From positions 65,858 through 129,857 of the forward strand of contig JBKEBX010000012.1 of the NCBI GenBank assembly GCA_047973385.1: a stretch of DNA of 64,000 nt, in the 5' to 3' direction. Below the pieces are notes generated by a model. It was given only the letters and a program-made list of their open reading frames with translations. It had not been told where the DNA came from and searched no databases. The DNA is from Lachnospirales bacterium (GTDB lineage: Bacteria; Bacillota; Clostridia; Lachnospirales; CAMZNU01). The translations under genes were made by a program, and so were the position numbers. The first letter of the stretch is position 1. Each line of letters opens with the position of its first letter. This document shows positions 1 to 9,219 of this stretch, piece by piece.

Positions 1-1
1 A

Positions 2-937
2 GAAAATGCTTGTGCGTCAGGTTCTTCGGCACTTCTTGGTGCTAGAAATGCTATATTATCAGGTATGTGCAGTTCAGCACTTGTTATAGGCGTTGAAAAG
101 ATGACATCTCTTGATACAAAGGGTGTAACAAATGTTCTAGCAATGGCTTCACATGCCGTTACAGAAGCTGAAAAAGGTTTTACTTTTCCTGGACTCTTTG
201 CAGAATTTGCTAAGGGTTATATGGAAAAATATGATGTAGATGAAGAAACTATGCAAAGTTATTTACGAAAAATAGCAAGTAAAAATTACAAAAATGCATT
301 AAAAAATGATAAAGCACATATGCCAAGGGATTGGAGCGAGGAAGATATTGCAAATCTTCCAGATAAGAAAAATCCTATGATTGCATATCCTCTTAAACTT
401 CATGATTGCTCTTTAGTTTCTGATGGTGTTGCTTGTATAATTTTGACAAAAGAAGATTTACTTGAAAATCCAAATGACTTTGTTGAACTTGTTGATATTT
501 GCCATGTGACTGATTACTTAGAAATAAGCAAACGTAAAAACTATGAGTTTACAGGTGCAAAAGTGGCAGTTAAACAGTTGTATGAACGAAATAATATAAC
601 TGCTTACGACTTAGATTTTGCTGAAGTACATGATTGCTTTACAATAGCTGAACTTCTTGCATATGAGGCACTTCAAATAGCTGAAGATGGAAAAGCTTTT
701 AGTGTTTTAGATGAGGGAGTTGTATACCCAAGTGGTATATTACCTGTTAATGCGTCAGGTGGCTTAAAGGCGAAAGGTCATCCCGTTGGAGCAACGGGAG
801 TTTCAATGGCTGTTGTAGCAACAAGACAGTTGCAAGGCAATCCTCTAGGAGAAAAAATAGATAATGCAAAACTTGGTGTAACCCTAAATCTTGGTGGTAG
901 TGCTGTAAATAGTTATGCTTGTTTATTTAAAAAGTAA
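2..937 (+). CDS. thiolase-family protein (SCP-x/archaeal-type acetyl-CoA acetyltransferase-like), 5' end cut by window edge
   Basis: The frame of ORF 65..937 stays open back to base 2 and reads ENACASGSSALL (thiolase nucleophile-Cys motif). C-terminal GGLKAKGHPVGATG is a thiolase signature. Confidence 0.8.
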   Translation, partial: ENACASGSSALLGARNAILSGMCSSALVIGVEKMTSLDTKGVTNVLAMASHAVTEAEKGFTFPGLFAEFAKGYMEKYDVDEETMQSYLRKIASKNYKNALKNDKAHMPRDWSEEDIANLPDKKNPMIAYPLKLHDCSLVSDGVACIILTKEDLLENPNDFVELVDICHVTDYLEISKRKNYEFTGAKVAVKQLYERNNITAYDLDFAEVHDCFTIAELLAYEALQIAEDGKAFSVLDEGVVYPSGILPVNASGGLKAKGHPVGATGVSMAVVATRQLQGNPLGEKIDNAKLGVTLNLGGSAVNSYACLFKK

Positions 938-1016
938 CAAAGATATAAAATGTATAAATTTACATAAAGTTAAATAATGATGTTCAAAAAAATATAATCA
1001 AATGTTTCAGTTGTTA

Positions 1017-1045
1017 AATTCCTTTGGCACGAAACCAAAGGAATT
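1017..1045 (+). promoter_or_regulatory. perfect 11-bp stem / 7-nt loop hairpin 8 nt upstream of the SD of the GntP-family gene
   Basis: aattcctttgg-cacgaaa-ccaaaggaatt. No U-tract follows; AAGGAGG lies at 1054-1060. Confidence 0.4.
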
Positions 1046-1067
1046 AAGTTATTAAGGAGGTTTAGTA

Positions 1068-2399
1068 ATGTTAGGAGTGTTACTAATCGTATTAAGTTTG
1101 GGGCTACTTATGTACTTAGCATATAGAGGAATGTCTATTTTATGGATTTCTATTTTATGTGCCGGTATATTAGGTATATTAAGTGGTTTACCTATTACAT
1201 CATCAGGTGATGTTAAAGGTATATTAACAATTTTTGGAGAAGGTTTTGGTGGATTTGCTGGAAGTTATATGTTAATTTTCTTAACAGGTGCAATTTTCGG
1301 TAAACTTATGGAAGTTTCAGGAGCTGCTAAGGCAGTAGGTAAGCTAATCGTTGAGAAGCTAGGTGCTAAAAACGCAATTGCAGCAGTTATAATAAGTGCT
1401 GGTGTTTTATGTTACGGTGGTGTAAGTTTATTCGTTGTTGTTTTTGCAATCTATCCACTTGCTTTATCTTTATTTAGAGAAGCAAACATAACAAGACGTC
1501 TTATTCCGGCAAGTATTGCTGCAGGTGCTTTTACATTCTCTATGACAGCACTACCAGGTACTCCACAAATTCAAAATATTATCCCTATGGAGTATTTTGG
1601 AACTACTGCTATGGCAGCACCAGTTATTGGTATTGTTTGTGGTATGGTAATGATGTTCGGTGCAATTTTCTATCTTAACTCAAAGGAAAGAAAATATAGA
1701 GCTAATGGTGAAGTTTTTGATGAACCAACAGGTAAAGCAGCAGCTGAAGAAGGTGACGATGATGTTCCAAATCCATGGTTATCTCTTGTTCCACTTTTAC
1801 TTGTTTTAGTAACACTTAATATTGGTAACTTTATACCTAGTATTAATATTACTGTTGAAATAGCTTTATTAATTGGTATAGTATTTATTTTAGTAGTATT
1901 TTATAGTAGAATTCAAGGTAAAATCATTGAAACTATGAACTCTGGTGCTGCAGGTTCTATAATGGCACTTGGTAACACAGCAGCAGCAGTTGGTTTTGGT
2001 AGTATGGTTAAAGCAGTTCCAGGATTTACAGTACTTAAAGATATGATTTTAGGTCTTGATGGTGCAGTTTTAGCTTCAGAAGCCATAGCTGTTACAACTC
2101 TTGCAGGAGCAACAGGTTCGGCTTCAGGTGGTCTTGGTATAGCTTTATCAGCACTAGGTGAGCAGTATCTTGCTTTAGGTCAAGCAGCTGGTATTGACCC
2201 TCAAGTTCTTCATAGAGTTGCTTCAATTGCTTGTGGTGGTTTAGATAGTTTACCACACTGTGGTGCAGTTTTAACACTTCTTGCAATTACTGGTATGAAC
2301 CATAAAAAGTCATACTTTGATATTTTTATAGTTACAGTTGCTATTCCATTAGTTGCAACAGTTCTTGCAGTAATTCTTGGAACAGTAGGTGTTGTATAG
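1068..2399 (+). CDS. GntP-family (gluconate/organic-acid:H+ symporter-like) permease
   Basis: 443-aa polytopic membrane protein. The stretch GAIFGKLMEVSGAAKAVGKLIVEKLG...PLALSLFREANI parallels the E. coli GntP layout. Strong SD. Confidence 0.7.
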   Translation: MLGVLLIVLSLGLLMYLAYRGMSILWISILCAGILGILSGLPITSSGDVKGILTIFGEGFGGFAGSYMLIFLTGAIFGKLMEVSGAAKAVGKLIVEKLGAKNAIAAVIISAGVLCYGGVSLFVVVFAIYPLALSLFREANITRRLIPASIAAGAFTFSMTALPGTPQIQNIIPMEYFGTTAMAAPVIGIVCGMVMMFGAIFYLNSKERKYRANGEVFDEPTGKAAAEEGDDDVPNPWLSLVPLLLVLVTLNIGNFIPSINITVEIALLIGIVFILVVFYSRIQGKIIETMNSGAAGSIMALGNTAAAVGFGSMVKAVPGFTVLKDMILGLDGAVLASEAIAVTTLAGATGSASGGLGIALSALGEQYLALGQAAGIDPQVLHRVASIACGGLDSLPHCGAVLTLLAITGMNHKKSYFDIFIVTVAIPLVATVLAVILGTVGVV

Positions 2400-2429
2400 T
2401 AAACTCCAAATAATATAACATAAATACAG

Positions 2430-2465
2430 AAACTCTTTGGTAATTATTACTAAAGAGTTTTTGTA
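2430..2465 (+). terminator. intrinsic terminator after the permease gene
   Basis: aaactcttt...aaagagttt stem followed by a T-run. Confidence 0.6.
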
Positions 2466-2490
2466 TTGCAATGTGCCATTAATTTTCTGG
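2466..2490 (+). repeat. right-end fragment of the intergenic repeat family (TTGCAATGTGCCATTAATTTTC)
   Basis: Matches the module B end / module C start of the full-length copies at 24565 and 47652. Confidence 0.55.
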
Positions 2491-2537
2491 AGTAGTCATA
2501 TTTATATTTAGCAAATGAGAACACTGTATAAAAAATG

Positions 2538-2566
2538 TTGAAAAAACTTGTTTAACATGATATACT
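2538..2566 (+). promoter_or_regulatory. sigmaA-type promoter for the pilin-like gene
   Basis: TTGAAA, 17-nt spacer, TGaTATACT (extended -10). Confidence 0.55.
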
Positions 2567-2612
2567 ACTTGTCAGGGAAACTAATTATTATTAAAAAAGG
2601 AGTATGATTTTA

Positions 2613-3134
2613 ATGGAATTTTGGGAAATTTAAAAGGGAAAGAAAAAAGGATTTACACTTGTTGAGTTAATTGTTGTTATCGCTATAATTATTATTTTGG
2701 CTGCACTTGCAGTGCCTCGTGTAACAAAATATGTTGATGATGCAAAATATGCAAAAATAGCTCACAATCATGCACTTATGTATAGAAATGCAAGTTACGC
2801 TTATACAGAATTTCTAGCAGAAGGGAATAAGATAACTGGTCCTAATGGAACATATTTTTATGTTGAAAATAATGAAGTTCCTGATATCGTTCCTAATAAA
2901 GTTCTTACAACAGAGTTATCGAGTAAAATAGCAGATTTAGTTTCAAGTGATGTTGTGTTAAAGGATGGCACAATTAATATAGGTGACGATTATTTAAAAG
3001 AAAATCTTTATGCAGTGTGTATTGTACCAGAAGATGTATATGATGAGGATAATGTGTTGAGAAGTAAAAAAAGAATTAATATAAGATATATGGGATATGT
3101 TTCTCATGATGGCGTTATTGTAGACAGTTATTAG
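2613..3134 (+). pseudogene. type IV pilin/pseudopilin-like gene with an in-frame TAA (2631-2633) inside the leader peptide
   Basis: Translation reads ATG(2613) MEFWEI-TAA-KGKKKGFTLVELIVVIAIIIILAALAVP. G|FTLVE plus a hydrophobic helix is the prepilin peptidase motif. The only canonical start after the stop is TTG at 2697, which would delete that motif. Confidence 0.6.
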
Positions 3135-3169
3135 AAGGGTAACTAGTTTGTAGAATTACAATAAATATG

Positions 3170-3192
3170 AAAAAAGGCATTTAGCCTTTTTT
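3170..3192 (+). terminator. intrinsic terminator
   Basis: aaaaaaggc-attta-gcctttttt. Confidence 0.7.
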
Positions 3193-3246
3193 ATTGTGAC
3201 AAAATTTAAAAAATCCATAATGATTGTTATTATGTGAGTTATACTG

Positions 3247-3275
3247 TTGACAAAGTATGAAAAACATAGTATTAT
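3247..3275 (+). promoter_or_regulatory. sigmaA-type promoter upstream of the flavodoxin gene
   Basis: TTGACA, 17-nt spacer, TATTAT. Confidence 0.5.
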
Positions 3276-3347
3276 TTTGAGTATAGAAGTATTTATTAAA
3301 TTCCTATTGATTTGATATGGATTTGAACTGAAGTAAAGGGGGCTAAG

Positions 3348-3833
3348 ATGACAAATAGAATTTTAATAGTATATTTTTCATGTAATGGAGCAACAAAAAA
3401 AGTAGCTGAAGATTTTGCGAGAAATATACGTGCAGATTTATATGAAATACAGCCTGTTGATTTATATGTAAAAGATGATTTGAATTGGATGAACCCAAAC
3501 TCAAGAACTTCTATTGAGGAGAAAAATCCAGATTTCCGTCCTAAATTTGTAAAAAAGAATGTTGATATAGATTTGTATCAGAATATTTTGATAGGCTTTC
3601 CAATATGGTGGTGTAAAGCACCAAACATCATACATTCTTTTTTGGAAAGTTACAATCTTCTAGGTAAAAACATAGTTGTTTTTGGAACATCAGGTGGTAG
3701 TGGTTTTGGTGATACCATTGAAATTTTACAAAGAAGTTTACCGGAAACTGGAATAAGAGAATCTAAAATATATAATAAAAATATAACAAAAAGAGATATT
3801 TTAATGCTACTAAAAATTGTTTATAGTGGTTAA
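3348..3833 (+). CDS. flavodoxin-family protein
   Basis: ILIVYFSCNGATKKVAE FMN-binding N-terminus, 161 aa, SD GGGGG. Confidence 0.75.
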   Translation: MTNRILIVYFSCNGATKKVAEDFARNIRADLYEIQPVDLYVKDDLNWMNPNSRTSIEEKNPDFRPKFVKKNVDIDLYQNILIGFPIWWCKAPNIIHSFLESYNLLGKNIVVFGTSGGSGFGDTIEILQRSLPETGIRESKIYNKNITKRDILMLLKIVYSG

Positions 3834-3862
3834 AAAACATATATTAAAGGAGAGTTTGACTA

Positions 3863-4294
3863 ATGGTTGGAGTAGAGATTGATTTTGTTGTAAAAGACAC
3901 TCTTAAAGCGATAGAATCTTATAGAAAAGTTTTTGATGTAGAAACAATTGAAGAAACTAAGTTGCAAAGGGGGCAAAATGAGGTTATTTTCTCTATTTAT
4001 GGTACTAGATTTCATATGCTTGATGAAAACCATGAATATCAGCTTATTGCACCTATAAAAGATGTTCCACAATCTGTTTGGTTTAATGTTTTAGTCGAAG
4101 ATATTAAAGAAACGCATAAAAAAGCTTTAGCAGAAGGCTATACACAATTACAAGAAGTTACTGAAATGACTGATTTTGGTGTTTCGAATTGTATGTTTGC
4201 CGATAATTTTGGCTATATATGGATGTTACACCAAGTACATAGAGAAGTTAGCTTTGAAGACAGAATGAAGCTGTTTGAAGAAGGAAAGTTTTAG
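3863..4294 (+). CDS. VOC (glyoxalase/bleomycin-resistance fold, PhnB-like) family protein
   Basis: 143 aa. Sequence pattern resembles small VOC proteins. SD AAAGGAGAG. Confidence 0.5.
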   Translation: MVGVEIDFVVKDTLKAIESYRKVFDVETIEETKLQRGQNEVIFSIYGTRFHMLDENHEYQLIAPIKDVPQSVWFNVLVEDIKETHKKALAEGYTQLQEVTEMTDFGVSNCMFADNFGYIWMLHQVHREVSFEDRMKLFEEGKF

Positions 4295-4307
4295 ATTGGA
4301 GAGTAAT

Positions 4308-5153
4308 ATGGTTGATATAAAACTTAAAGATGGAAGTACTATACCAAAACTTGGTATAGGTTCATGGTATTTAGGGGAAAGTAGATATAAAAAAGACTTA
4401 GAGGCTTTAAAAACAGCACTTGATATAGGCGTAACTTTAATCGATACTGCTGAAATGTATGGTAGTGGAAAGGCTGAAAAGTTGATAGGTGAGGCTATAA
4501 AAGATGTTGACCGTAGTAAACTATATTTAGTTTCAAAGGTTTATCCTCATAATGCAGGAAAAAACAATATAAGAAAAAGCCTTTTAACTTCTATGGATAA
4601 CATGGGCGTTGATTACTTAGATATGTATTTATTGCATTGGAGAGGACAAGTTCCACTATCTGAAACAGTTATGTGTATGGAAGAACTTAAAGCCGAAGGT
4701 CTTATTAAAAATTGGGGAGTTTCAAACTTTGATACTGATGATATGATAGAGCTTTTTAATGTGCCAAATGGGGAGAAATGTGCCTTAAATCAAGTTTTAT
4801 ACCATTTAGGCTCACGAGGTGTGGAATATAGCCTTATGCCTTGGCTTAAAGAGCATAATGTGCCTCTTATGGCTTATTGTCCTATGGCTCAAGGTGGAGA
4901 TTTAAACAGAAATTTATTACAAAGTAAAATACTTAAAAGTGTAGCCCAAAAGTATGATATATCTACACAACAATTATTGTTAAAATTTGTTTTGGAACAA
5001 GATAACGTTATAGCTATACCAAGAAGTGGTAATTCTAATCATATAAAGGAAAATTGGTATATTAAGGATGTAGTAATTTCAAAGGAAGATTTGGATATAT
5101 TAGAAAGTGAGTTTCCGGCACCAAGTCGAAAAACTTTTTTAGATATTGTTTAA
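4308..5153 (+). CDS. aldo/keto reductase
   Basis: GIGSW...DTAEMYG...LHW AKR motifs. Start moved to MVDIKLKDG, which sits behind SD GGAGAG. Confidence 0.85.
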   Translation: MVDIKLKDGSTIPKLGIGSWYLGESRYKKDLEALKTALDIGVTLIDTAEMYGSGKAEKLIGEAIKDVDRSKLYLVSKVYPHNAGKNNIRKSLLTSMDNMGVDYLDMYLLHWRGQVPLSETVMCMEELKAEGLIKNWGVSNFDTDDMIELFNVPNGEKCALNQVLYHLGSRGVEYSLMPWLKEHNVPLMAYCPMAQGGDLNRNLLQSKILKSVAQKYDISTQQLLLKFVLEQDNVIAIPRSGNSNHIKENWYIKDVVISKEDLDILESEFPAPSRKTFLDIV

Positions 5154-5348
5154 AATAGTTGTAAAACCATGAAATATGTGGTAAAATATACAGGTACAAT
5201 ATACAAAGAATAGAAGTAGTTAAACTACACACACCCTTTAACTACTTCTGGATTTGTATGAGATATTAAGAAACATACTTTATAGATTCTTTTAACAAAA
5301 TTTTTGTTTTAAGTTTCTAAAATGTATGTTTCTTTTTTTTATTAGAAA

Positions 5349-5524
5349 ATGGCATATCGTCGCCACTTCTTGCGTTTGTCAAAAGTATGAAAATTCTGTT
5401 TTTTCTGCAATAATATATTATACTAAAGTCCTAGCCACGTAAACAGGGCTACAACTTAAGAATATAGTAATTTCCTATGGAAATTACTATGATGTGCCAT
5501 CATTTCAATTTTGTAACGTTTACG
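5349..5524 (+). repeat. intergenic repeat copy interrupted by an ~82-bp insertion (5411-5492)
   Basis: ...TTTGTCAAAAGTATGAAAATTCTGTTTTTTCTGCAA | insertion | TGTGCCATCATTTCAATTTTGTAACGTTTACG. The two flanks are contiguous in the other copies. Confidence 0.65.
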
Positions 5525-5553
5525 TATTTATTTATACACATCAAAGCTATATT

Positions 5554-5603
5554 AAAAGGGATATAAAAGTATTCGAAATGCGAATTTATTTATATCCCTT
5601 TTT
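5554..5603. terminator. bidirectional hairpin terminator
   Basis: aaaagggatataaa...tttatatccctttt, a 14-bp stem with an inner attcg/cgaat stem. Confidence 0.55.
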
Positions 5604-5625
5604 GCATTGTTATTGTTTATTTAGA

Positions 5626-6750
5626 CTAGTTAAGTGCTGTATAGTTGGTAATTGTAAACTCTAATGCACCATAAACGCCAGGAGCAATTGCATATTTTGG
5701 TAAAACAACAACTAACTGTGAATTATCGTTTATATAAAAGTTTGTATCTTCATCAATAACTAAATCATCAATGGAATCTTGGAAATAAAAACTATATTCT
5801 TCAGGGTCTTGTGCTTGTTGTACGCTTATTTGTGACTTTATTGAATTTTTTACAAATGTATTATAATCATCACCGTAAACATCTTCAAGAGTTAAAAAAT
5901 CGCCTGTTTCTTTATCGATAGTGTAGTATTTATCAGTTTGATTTGATGAACCAACTGCTACGAAAGAATATACTTGGAAAGATACATAATTATCGGAAAT
6001 ACCAACGATGTTGTAGCCAACTTCAGTACTTGGCTGTACATAGTCTTCAAGACTTCCACCAGTTTCCAAATAAGCATCTCTATATTCAGCTAAAATAGTT
6101 TCGTTGCTAATTTTAAAAGTATTCATATCTTCATTTACTGTTGAAAACAATACTTCTTCTGCTTGTGGAGAAAGACCAGCAGCAGCAATTTTATCTTCGA
6201 TTTGTTGACCATTATCTATAACATCAACATCATAATTAGGGTCAATATTTACGTCAACGTCATAATTAGGGTCGATATCTACGTCAACATCATAATTAGG
6301 GTCGATATTTGAATTTTCAGAGCCAGTAGGGTCTTGAATTTGTGGGCTGTTATCATATGGAGTAATTGCGTTTATAAAACGTGGAGAAACATAGGCTGTA
6401 TCCTTTGCGATTTTAGGAGCAGAAGCCTCAAGGAAAACTTCACCGTTGTACACATAGTTTCTATCGCCGATTGTAGCTTCAAAAACATCTTCGCCTTTTG
6501 TGAAAATGACTGTTTTAGTTTCAGCTATCCAAGAAACATCATATCCAAGAGCCTCAGCTGAAGTTCTTGCAGGGTCTAAGATTTCCATTGTATCACGGTC
6601 AATAACAGCGATTGGGTTAACGGCAGTAGCTGTTCCGTTACTTGTTGTTGTAACTGTGCTACTTGTAACTACGGGAGTTTCTGTATCTGCTAAAACAACT
6701 GTTGACAGAGCAAGTGTTGTTGCAAGTGTAAGAAAAACTAATTTTTTCAT
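5626..6750 (-). CDS. secreted protein: signal peptide + copper-amine-oxidase-N-like (stalk) domain + DPNYDVDV repeats + DUF3298/RsiV-like C-terminal domain
   Basis: MKKLVFLTLATTLALSTVVLA signal peptide. Domain assignment is from remembered family patterns. Start taken at MKKL. Confidence 0.55.
   Translation of the reverse strand: MKKLVFLTLATTLALSTVVLADTETPVVTSSTVTTTSNGTATAVNPIAVIDRDTMEILDPARTSAEALGYDVSWIAETKTVIFTKGEDVFEATIGDRNYVYNGEVFLEASAPKIAKDTAYVSPRFINAITPYDNSPQIQDPTGSENSNIDPNYDVDVDIDPNYDVDVNIDPNYDVDVIDNGQQIEDKIAAAGLSPQAEEVLFSTVNEDMNTFKISNETILAEYRDAYLETGGSLEDYVQPSTEVGYNIVGISDNYVSFQVYSFVAVGSSNQTDKYYTIDKETGDFLTLEDVYGDDYNTFVKNSIKSQISVQQAQDPEEYSFYFQDSIDDLVIDEDTNFYINDNSQLVVVLPKYAIAPGVYGALEFTITNYTALN
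6219..6310 (-). repeat. about 3 x 30-bp in-frame tandem repeat encoding DPNYDVDV(D/N)I
   Basis: gtcaatatttacgtcaacgtcataattagg / gtcgatatctacgtcaacatcataattagg, plus partial units on both sides. Confidence 0.9.
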
Positions 6751-6930
6751 AAGTATCACCATTCCTTTAAATAATATAATTTTCTATTGTATTTTTGATA
6801 AGTATAACCCTATTTATAAAAGTTATACATATTATAACGAGTTGAGCTTAAATTAAGTTTAAATTTTTAAGCTTATATTTATTATACGCATTCTTTAGTA
6901 AAATAGTTTCATAAATTTTAAAATCTAAGG

Positions 6931-9219
6931 TTAAAATCCTAATACAGTTAGAACTTTTTCTGCTACTTTTCTATTTTTACCTTTGAATGGGAAAGAATGT
7001 ATATGTATGGCAGGATTAAAGTTAAGTTCTATAATTCCATAATCTGAATTAGGGTTTGTGTAGTCTTCTATAATCATATCTACTCCATTAAATTTTGCAT
7101 CAACACTTTTTGATGAGTTTATAGCTACTTCTTTAAAAAAGGCATGTATGTTGTCTGTATGGTCTATACTGTCACCACCTGTTGAGATATTAGAATTCTT
7201 GCGTAAAAAAACTTGTTCATTATTTTGTGGGATATAGTTTTTATCAAGTCCTTTACTTTTTAAAAACATCTCCACGTTAGTATCAATTTTAATTTTCTCT
7301 AAAGGTGTTTTATAACCAACTCCACGAAGTATATTTTTATTTTTTTCTTCAACAAGTTTAGATATAGTAGATTTACCGTCACCAACTACGTTAGCGGGTA
7401 CACGCTCTAAAACTCCAGCAACTTCGTCACCTACAATTAAAAACCTGTATTCTATGCCTTTTATAAACTGCTCAACAATTACAGTGGTATCGTTTTTAAA
7501 GCCGACATCAATAGCTTGTTCTATATCTTCTTTACGTGCTTTTTCTTCAAATATAAACACGCCTATGCCGAAGTTTGTTGAGTTTGGTTTTATGACAAAC
7601 TTGCTATCTAAAGATAGTGCATATAAAAGAGCATCTTCTCTATTATTAAAGCTTTTACCCTTTGGAACAGGGATATTTTGCTCTTCTAAAATCTTTTTTG
7701 TAACAACTTTGTTTTCCATAATAAGCATAGATATATAGCTATCTTTACTTGTTTTTGTACACTGTTTTACATATTCAGTATGTCCATCTTTTGATAACTT
7801 TATAAAATTATCATTTTCATCTAAAATATCAACATATATTCCTTTTTTTATAGCCTCACGCATAAGTATTTGTGTTGATAACTCCATGTTTTCACAGCCA
7901 AAATATCTAAAAGGTGTTTTTAAAGCCTCTTTTTTATATTGGTTACCAAGCTTAACGAAATATTCGTCAAAATTATTTATGTTAATCATTTTTTGAAGTT
8001 TTGAATATAGCAACTGATTGTTAATGTAGTTTTGCTCAAAATCATTAACAATACTAAGGGAAGTTGGAATAGTTATGAAAACTTCTCGTATACGTCTAAA
8101 TATAGTATTTATATATGTATCTACTGTAAAACTACCGTCACAGAACTCTAAAAAAATATCTCTTGATGAACTAAGGGCGACTGTTTCTAAGTTGTTTTCG
8201 CCTTCAACATTCATAGTATCGCAATCACAGTCATCATATAGGAAACAAAAAAGTATAAATATTTTAAGTAAGTCAAGTTCTGCTAAAGATATACCACTTT
8301 TTTCAAGAGGGTTAACATCAATATTACGGATTTCAACATATTTAACCCCTTTTTCAACAATTTCCTGTAAGCTTGTTTTGTTTTTACCCTTTAGTCTAAT
8401 TGCTGTATAAATTTCTCGTTCGTCATAAATCTTTTTGTTTTTAATTGCATTTTTTACAGATTCAAGAAATATATCAACATTATCATAATCTAGGTCGATT
8501 GGTTCTGTATTTTTATATCCATATTTAGAATTTCTAAGAGAGTAGCCGGATATTTTATCTCCGTTTTTATCATATCCAAAAGGCGTAGCACCTTGCATAT
8601 AAGTTATAAAAAACTTATATCTATTATAGTTACGCATTATTTTAAAATAAACTTCCGTTCTAAAACGTTTATAAGTTATTTCTGTTTTTGAAAGAGTGTA
8701 AAATTTCTTTAAAAAAGTTTCTGAAAGAGAAAAGTTATAGTGTATACCAGAAATAAGTTGTTTATCTTTTCCGTATTTTTCTGTAAGATATTCACGGTAT
8801 CTTGTACTAGAGATGCCAAATTCTGTTTCATCAAACTTTGCGATTTCAATGGTATCTATATCAGTAATTTTAGGAAACCATGAGTATGGGTATATAATCT
8901 CATCTTCAGCTATTGCTTCTGAAAAAATATCATAACTTAAATTCATAAAGTTGTATAACTCTAGATTATTTTTGAAAACAGGGGATACAAACTCAAGTTG
9001 TGCCTCACTATAATCAGTCTTTATAAAAGGGTGTAGTTCTTTAGGTTCAAAAACCTTTGGGTGAGGGGTTCTTGATATAACACCTGAATCTTTGTGAACT
9101 CTAAGGGCTTCACGTTCTAAGCCTTGTTCTGTATCAAGTAAATCATATAAAAGGTTATTATCGTTTAGGAACGATAGTAACGCCGATTTGTTTTTTAACA
9201 AAGAATAAATAATATCCAT
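6931..9219 (-). CDS. gshAB: bifunctional glutamate-cysteine ligase / glutathione synthetase
   Basis: 762 aa. The N-terminal GLEREALRVH...TPHP matches gamma-glutamylcysteine ligase; the C-terminal half is ATP-grasp. Same architecture as streptococcal/listerial GshF. Confidence 0.85.
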   Translation of the reverse strand: MDIIYSLLKNKSALLSFLNDNNLLYDLLDTEQGLEREALRVHKDSGVISRTPHPKVFEPKELHPFIKTDYSEAQLEFVSPVFKNNLELYNFMNLSYDIFSEAIAEDEIIYPYSWFPKITDIDTIEIAKFDETEFGISSTRYREYLTEKYGKDKQLISGIHYNFSLSETFLKKFYTLSKTEITYKRFRTEVYFKIMRNYNRYKFFITYMQGATPFGYDKNGDKISGYSLRNSKYGYKNTEPIDLDYDNVDIFLESVKNAIKNKKIYDEREIYTAIRLKGKNKTSLQEIVEKGVKYVEIRNIDVNPLEKSGISLAELDLLKIFILFCFLYDDCDCDTMNVEGENNLETVALSSSRDIFLEFCDGSFTVDTYINTIFRRIREVFITIPTSLSIVNDFEQNYINNQLLYSKLQKMININNFDEYFVKLGNQYKKEALKTPFRYFGCENMELSTQILMREAIKKGIYVDILDENDNFIKLSKDGHTEYVKQCTKTSKDSYISMLIMENKVVTKKILEEQNIPVPKGKSFNNREDALLYALSLDSKFVIKPNSTNFGIGVFIFEEKARKEDIEQAIDVGFKNDTTVIVEQFIKGIEYRFLIVGDEVAGVLERVPANVVGDGKSTISKLVEEKNKNILRGVGYKTPLEKIKIDTNVEMFLKSKGLDKNYIPQNNEQVFLRKNSNISTGGDSIDHTDNIHAFFKEVAINSSKSVDAKFNGVDMIIEDYTNPNSDYGIIELNFNPAIHIHSFPFKGKNRKVAEKVLTVLGF

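Noticed and set aside
3245-3262. TTGACAAAGTATGAAAAACA in the flavodoxin promoter resembles the repeat's TTGTCAAAAGTATGAAAAT core.
   Set aside because: Only about 13 nt are similar, there are no flanking repeat modules, and the region reads well as an ordinary -35/spacer. Probably coincidental.
9158-9219. A 62-nt overlap between the MATE 3' end and the gshAB 5' end, which might indicate a frameshift or a mis-called start.
   Set aside because: The gshAB N-terminus (…GLEREALRVH…TPHP at the usual distance from the Met) supports the 9219 start, and the MATE frame is continuous. A same-strand overlap is unusual but needs no special explanation, so it is noted only.
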